In this document: positions 61,717 to 64,000 of the stretch, one piece after another | How positions within the stretch are numbered: position 1 is the first letter of the stretch | Layout: every line of letters begins with the position of its first letter | Assembly: GCA_002633005.1 (NCBI GenBank) | Contig: NMRA01000059.1 | Span: 1,079,133 to 1,143,132, forward strand | Source of the DNA: Phoronis australis | Lineage: Eukaryota; Animalia; Phoronida | Length of the DNA stretch: 64,000 nt | Direction of reading: 5' to 3' | Made by a program: the position numbers and the translations under genes | The notes under the pieces: model-generated | Database searches by the model: none | What the model saw: the letters and a program-made list of their open reading frames with translations, nothing else | What the model was told of the DNA's origin: nothing

Positions 61717-64000
61717 CAGCCACTCTCCTATGCGAGAGCCTCAACCACCCCATCCCCACAAGTACCCCCCTGTAAACGTGGGCTCATTAATGAAGCTGAA
61801 TAATGCACCGATGAGAACTTTGGTCAAAATCATGCTACGGGACCAACATATTTCCACATTACAGTTTCCATGACTACCTGAATTTTCCAGTACGTACATT
61901 CGTACTTGAAGCAACAGCGTTCTTTATATGAGAACTTGTCCAATCGATATCTGTGCCCGTTCACTTGAAAAAGTGACTTTGGCTAATTTCATGTGTTAAC
62001 TGGTAACAGACGGCACAAAGCATTTATGAAAAAACATTTAAAGCTCACAATAATAGAACACGGGTCTAATTTATCTGCTCATTCTGTGGCACCGAGCAAA
62101 GTGCTCTTTAGTTTGAAAGAACGCTGACAAAATAATTGCTGACATCTGGTTTTAGAGCAATTTGAACGTCAGCTGTTTGCGACCAACTTTTTACCAAAAT
62201 GATTACGTTGTGAATGGCACGCGTCATAGCGGCAGTTGACTTAGGAAATTAAAACAACCATTGCTACGTAAGCCGCTGCAGTATTGTTATCATCATGTTT
62301 GGACAAGTGGTAGACGATCGATATGTGTCCACCTTTTCTTTGCCAGATAGCAAACTAATCCGTTGCGCCAGCTGGCGGATATTTCGGCCAATCACAGGTC
62401 TGAATAACGGCGTTTGGCAGAAGAATCAAAGAATATACGAAAAGAAAAGAGTAATAGACGAGCTGTAGAGCTGGAAATCATAATGAACTGGAACTCATAA
62501 TGAACCATAGTCCATATTATATGTATGGTCTTTTATACGGGTGGACAATTCATTATGTCCACATTTAATACCGCCACTTGCCGCGGTTACATTGTCACAT
62601 TGCCTCAACTAGCGAGTATCTAAATACCACTACCTAAAGATTTTTAAAAATTGACATATGTTTTAATTCTTTGTCGTTTATCTTAATATGTAAAAATGAA
62701 TGTCAAGGTGATCATGTTCTCTGTATTTTGTATAGATTAGAGACATATTTAATTGTTTTAAAGCTTACAGTAAATATATAGAACCAAAAGTAATGTCGTA
62801 GTGTGTTTTTTCGTCATTCACATACATTTTTATTTAATCCTTAGGCATGTTAAGTGGCTTTTATATCTCAGTGATATTTGCGGGATGATCCCGACTTACG
62901 AAAAGTACGTTTTCTCATAAAAAACATAAAAACCAATAAGATATACTGTTTTATGAATCTAAGAAGTCCATTACATCACAAAAGCACCCAAATTGTATTT
63001 TTTCGTTCTTACAAAGGTAAAAGGTTCAAGCAAAACTACTTGTCTTTATGGCAGTTTATCTAAATTTCCAATAGAATGAAAGAATTTATAGTACTGATTC
63101 CTCATTCCTTATATAGAAAACTCATTCAGTGTAGCCATATAAACCAGTGGATTTTTTTTACTTTTAACTCAAAAGTTAGCCATGATTTTGCAAAAGAGAT
63201 GACCTTTGTAATTGTGCGTTCATTCATAACAAACCATGTTAAAATTGAGATGAGGGGAGTCGTTCAATAGTTAGAGTGTCCTGACGAGGTAAGTTCGTTC
63301 TTGGCACGAGCCTATTGTTCTAACATTCGCTATCTCGTGTTAAAATGACAGGTGTGCACGGCGATAGCGGTCAGGACAGCCAGTCATATTGATCGATGCT
63401 AGCATTTGTCTTTAGTAAACACGAGAAACCGCAAAATCTAACCAACTACGGTAATCCACTTTGAAAAGATAACTAACGATAGAGTATCACAGATGCGTGT
63501 ATTGTTTCTAGTCACATTGATAATAGTTTGCGCAAAGACGAAGGGTAATAGAAAATTGGATCACCTGGCTACGTCGGGACCGAGGTTAGCGGTTCTTTCT
63601 TTAGTGTGTATTCACAAATACCATATTGTTAGTGAACGGAATACCCTAAAACTTTAAAACAATGTTCCTTGTGTTGTTATATTTTGTTGTGTTTACATAA
63701 AACATTTACCGTTCGTCTTCGTTTGATGTTGCAACATAAATTGTGTGAATGTGATCACAAGACCATTTGGTGAGATCGCGATGATGAGGTTGATGAGGTT
63801 GATGAGTTCAACAGTCGTTTTGTCATGATTGGGTTTAATAAAGCCGTTCAAAAAATATACCGTGTGAGGCTGGTGGCGTATTTATGCAATGGTCATTTTG
63901 GATGTTTTAAAATTCTGATGTATTGCATGTTCATGGATTTGGTATTTCTAAAATATCGCATAATCTTAATTTAGAAGAGCAGTTATCTTATCTCCACATA

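Noticed and set aside
60200-64000. A further gene upstream of the CKI (e.g. an SLC22A18-like neighbour as in mammals)
   Set aside because: No recognisable coding exon seen in this interval.

Overview
AT-rich animal genomic DNA with spliceosomal introns; the three bantam seed sites suggest a protostome, possibly a mollusc (inference). It holds two convergent genes. On +, the last four coding exons of a KCNQ1 (Kv7.1) orthologue lie at 3207-3321, 4023-4193, 4923-5025 and 36199-36300, with a 31-kb last intron and a probable ~5-kb 3' UTR. On -, a complete Cip/Kip CDK inhibitor gene (CDKN1/dacapo family, 165 aa) has coding exons at 59758-59386 and 55330-55206 and a non-coding last exon at ~50238-47560. 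This tail-to-tail KCNQ1-CDKN1 layout matches the mammalian imprinted KCNQ1-CDKN1C domain, here apparently in an invertebrate. The CKI gene carries a perfect p53 response element plus a second near-perfect one in intron 1, FoxO sites, a PIP degron split by a conserved intron, and three bantam 8mers and three Pumilio elements in its 3' UTR. The rest is minisatellites, MITEs (one hAT-like family with 6-bp target duplications, amplified inside a minisatellite) and assembly gaps. Nearly all ORFs in the supplied track are spurious. Comparisons to human genes are from memory and were not aligned.
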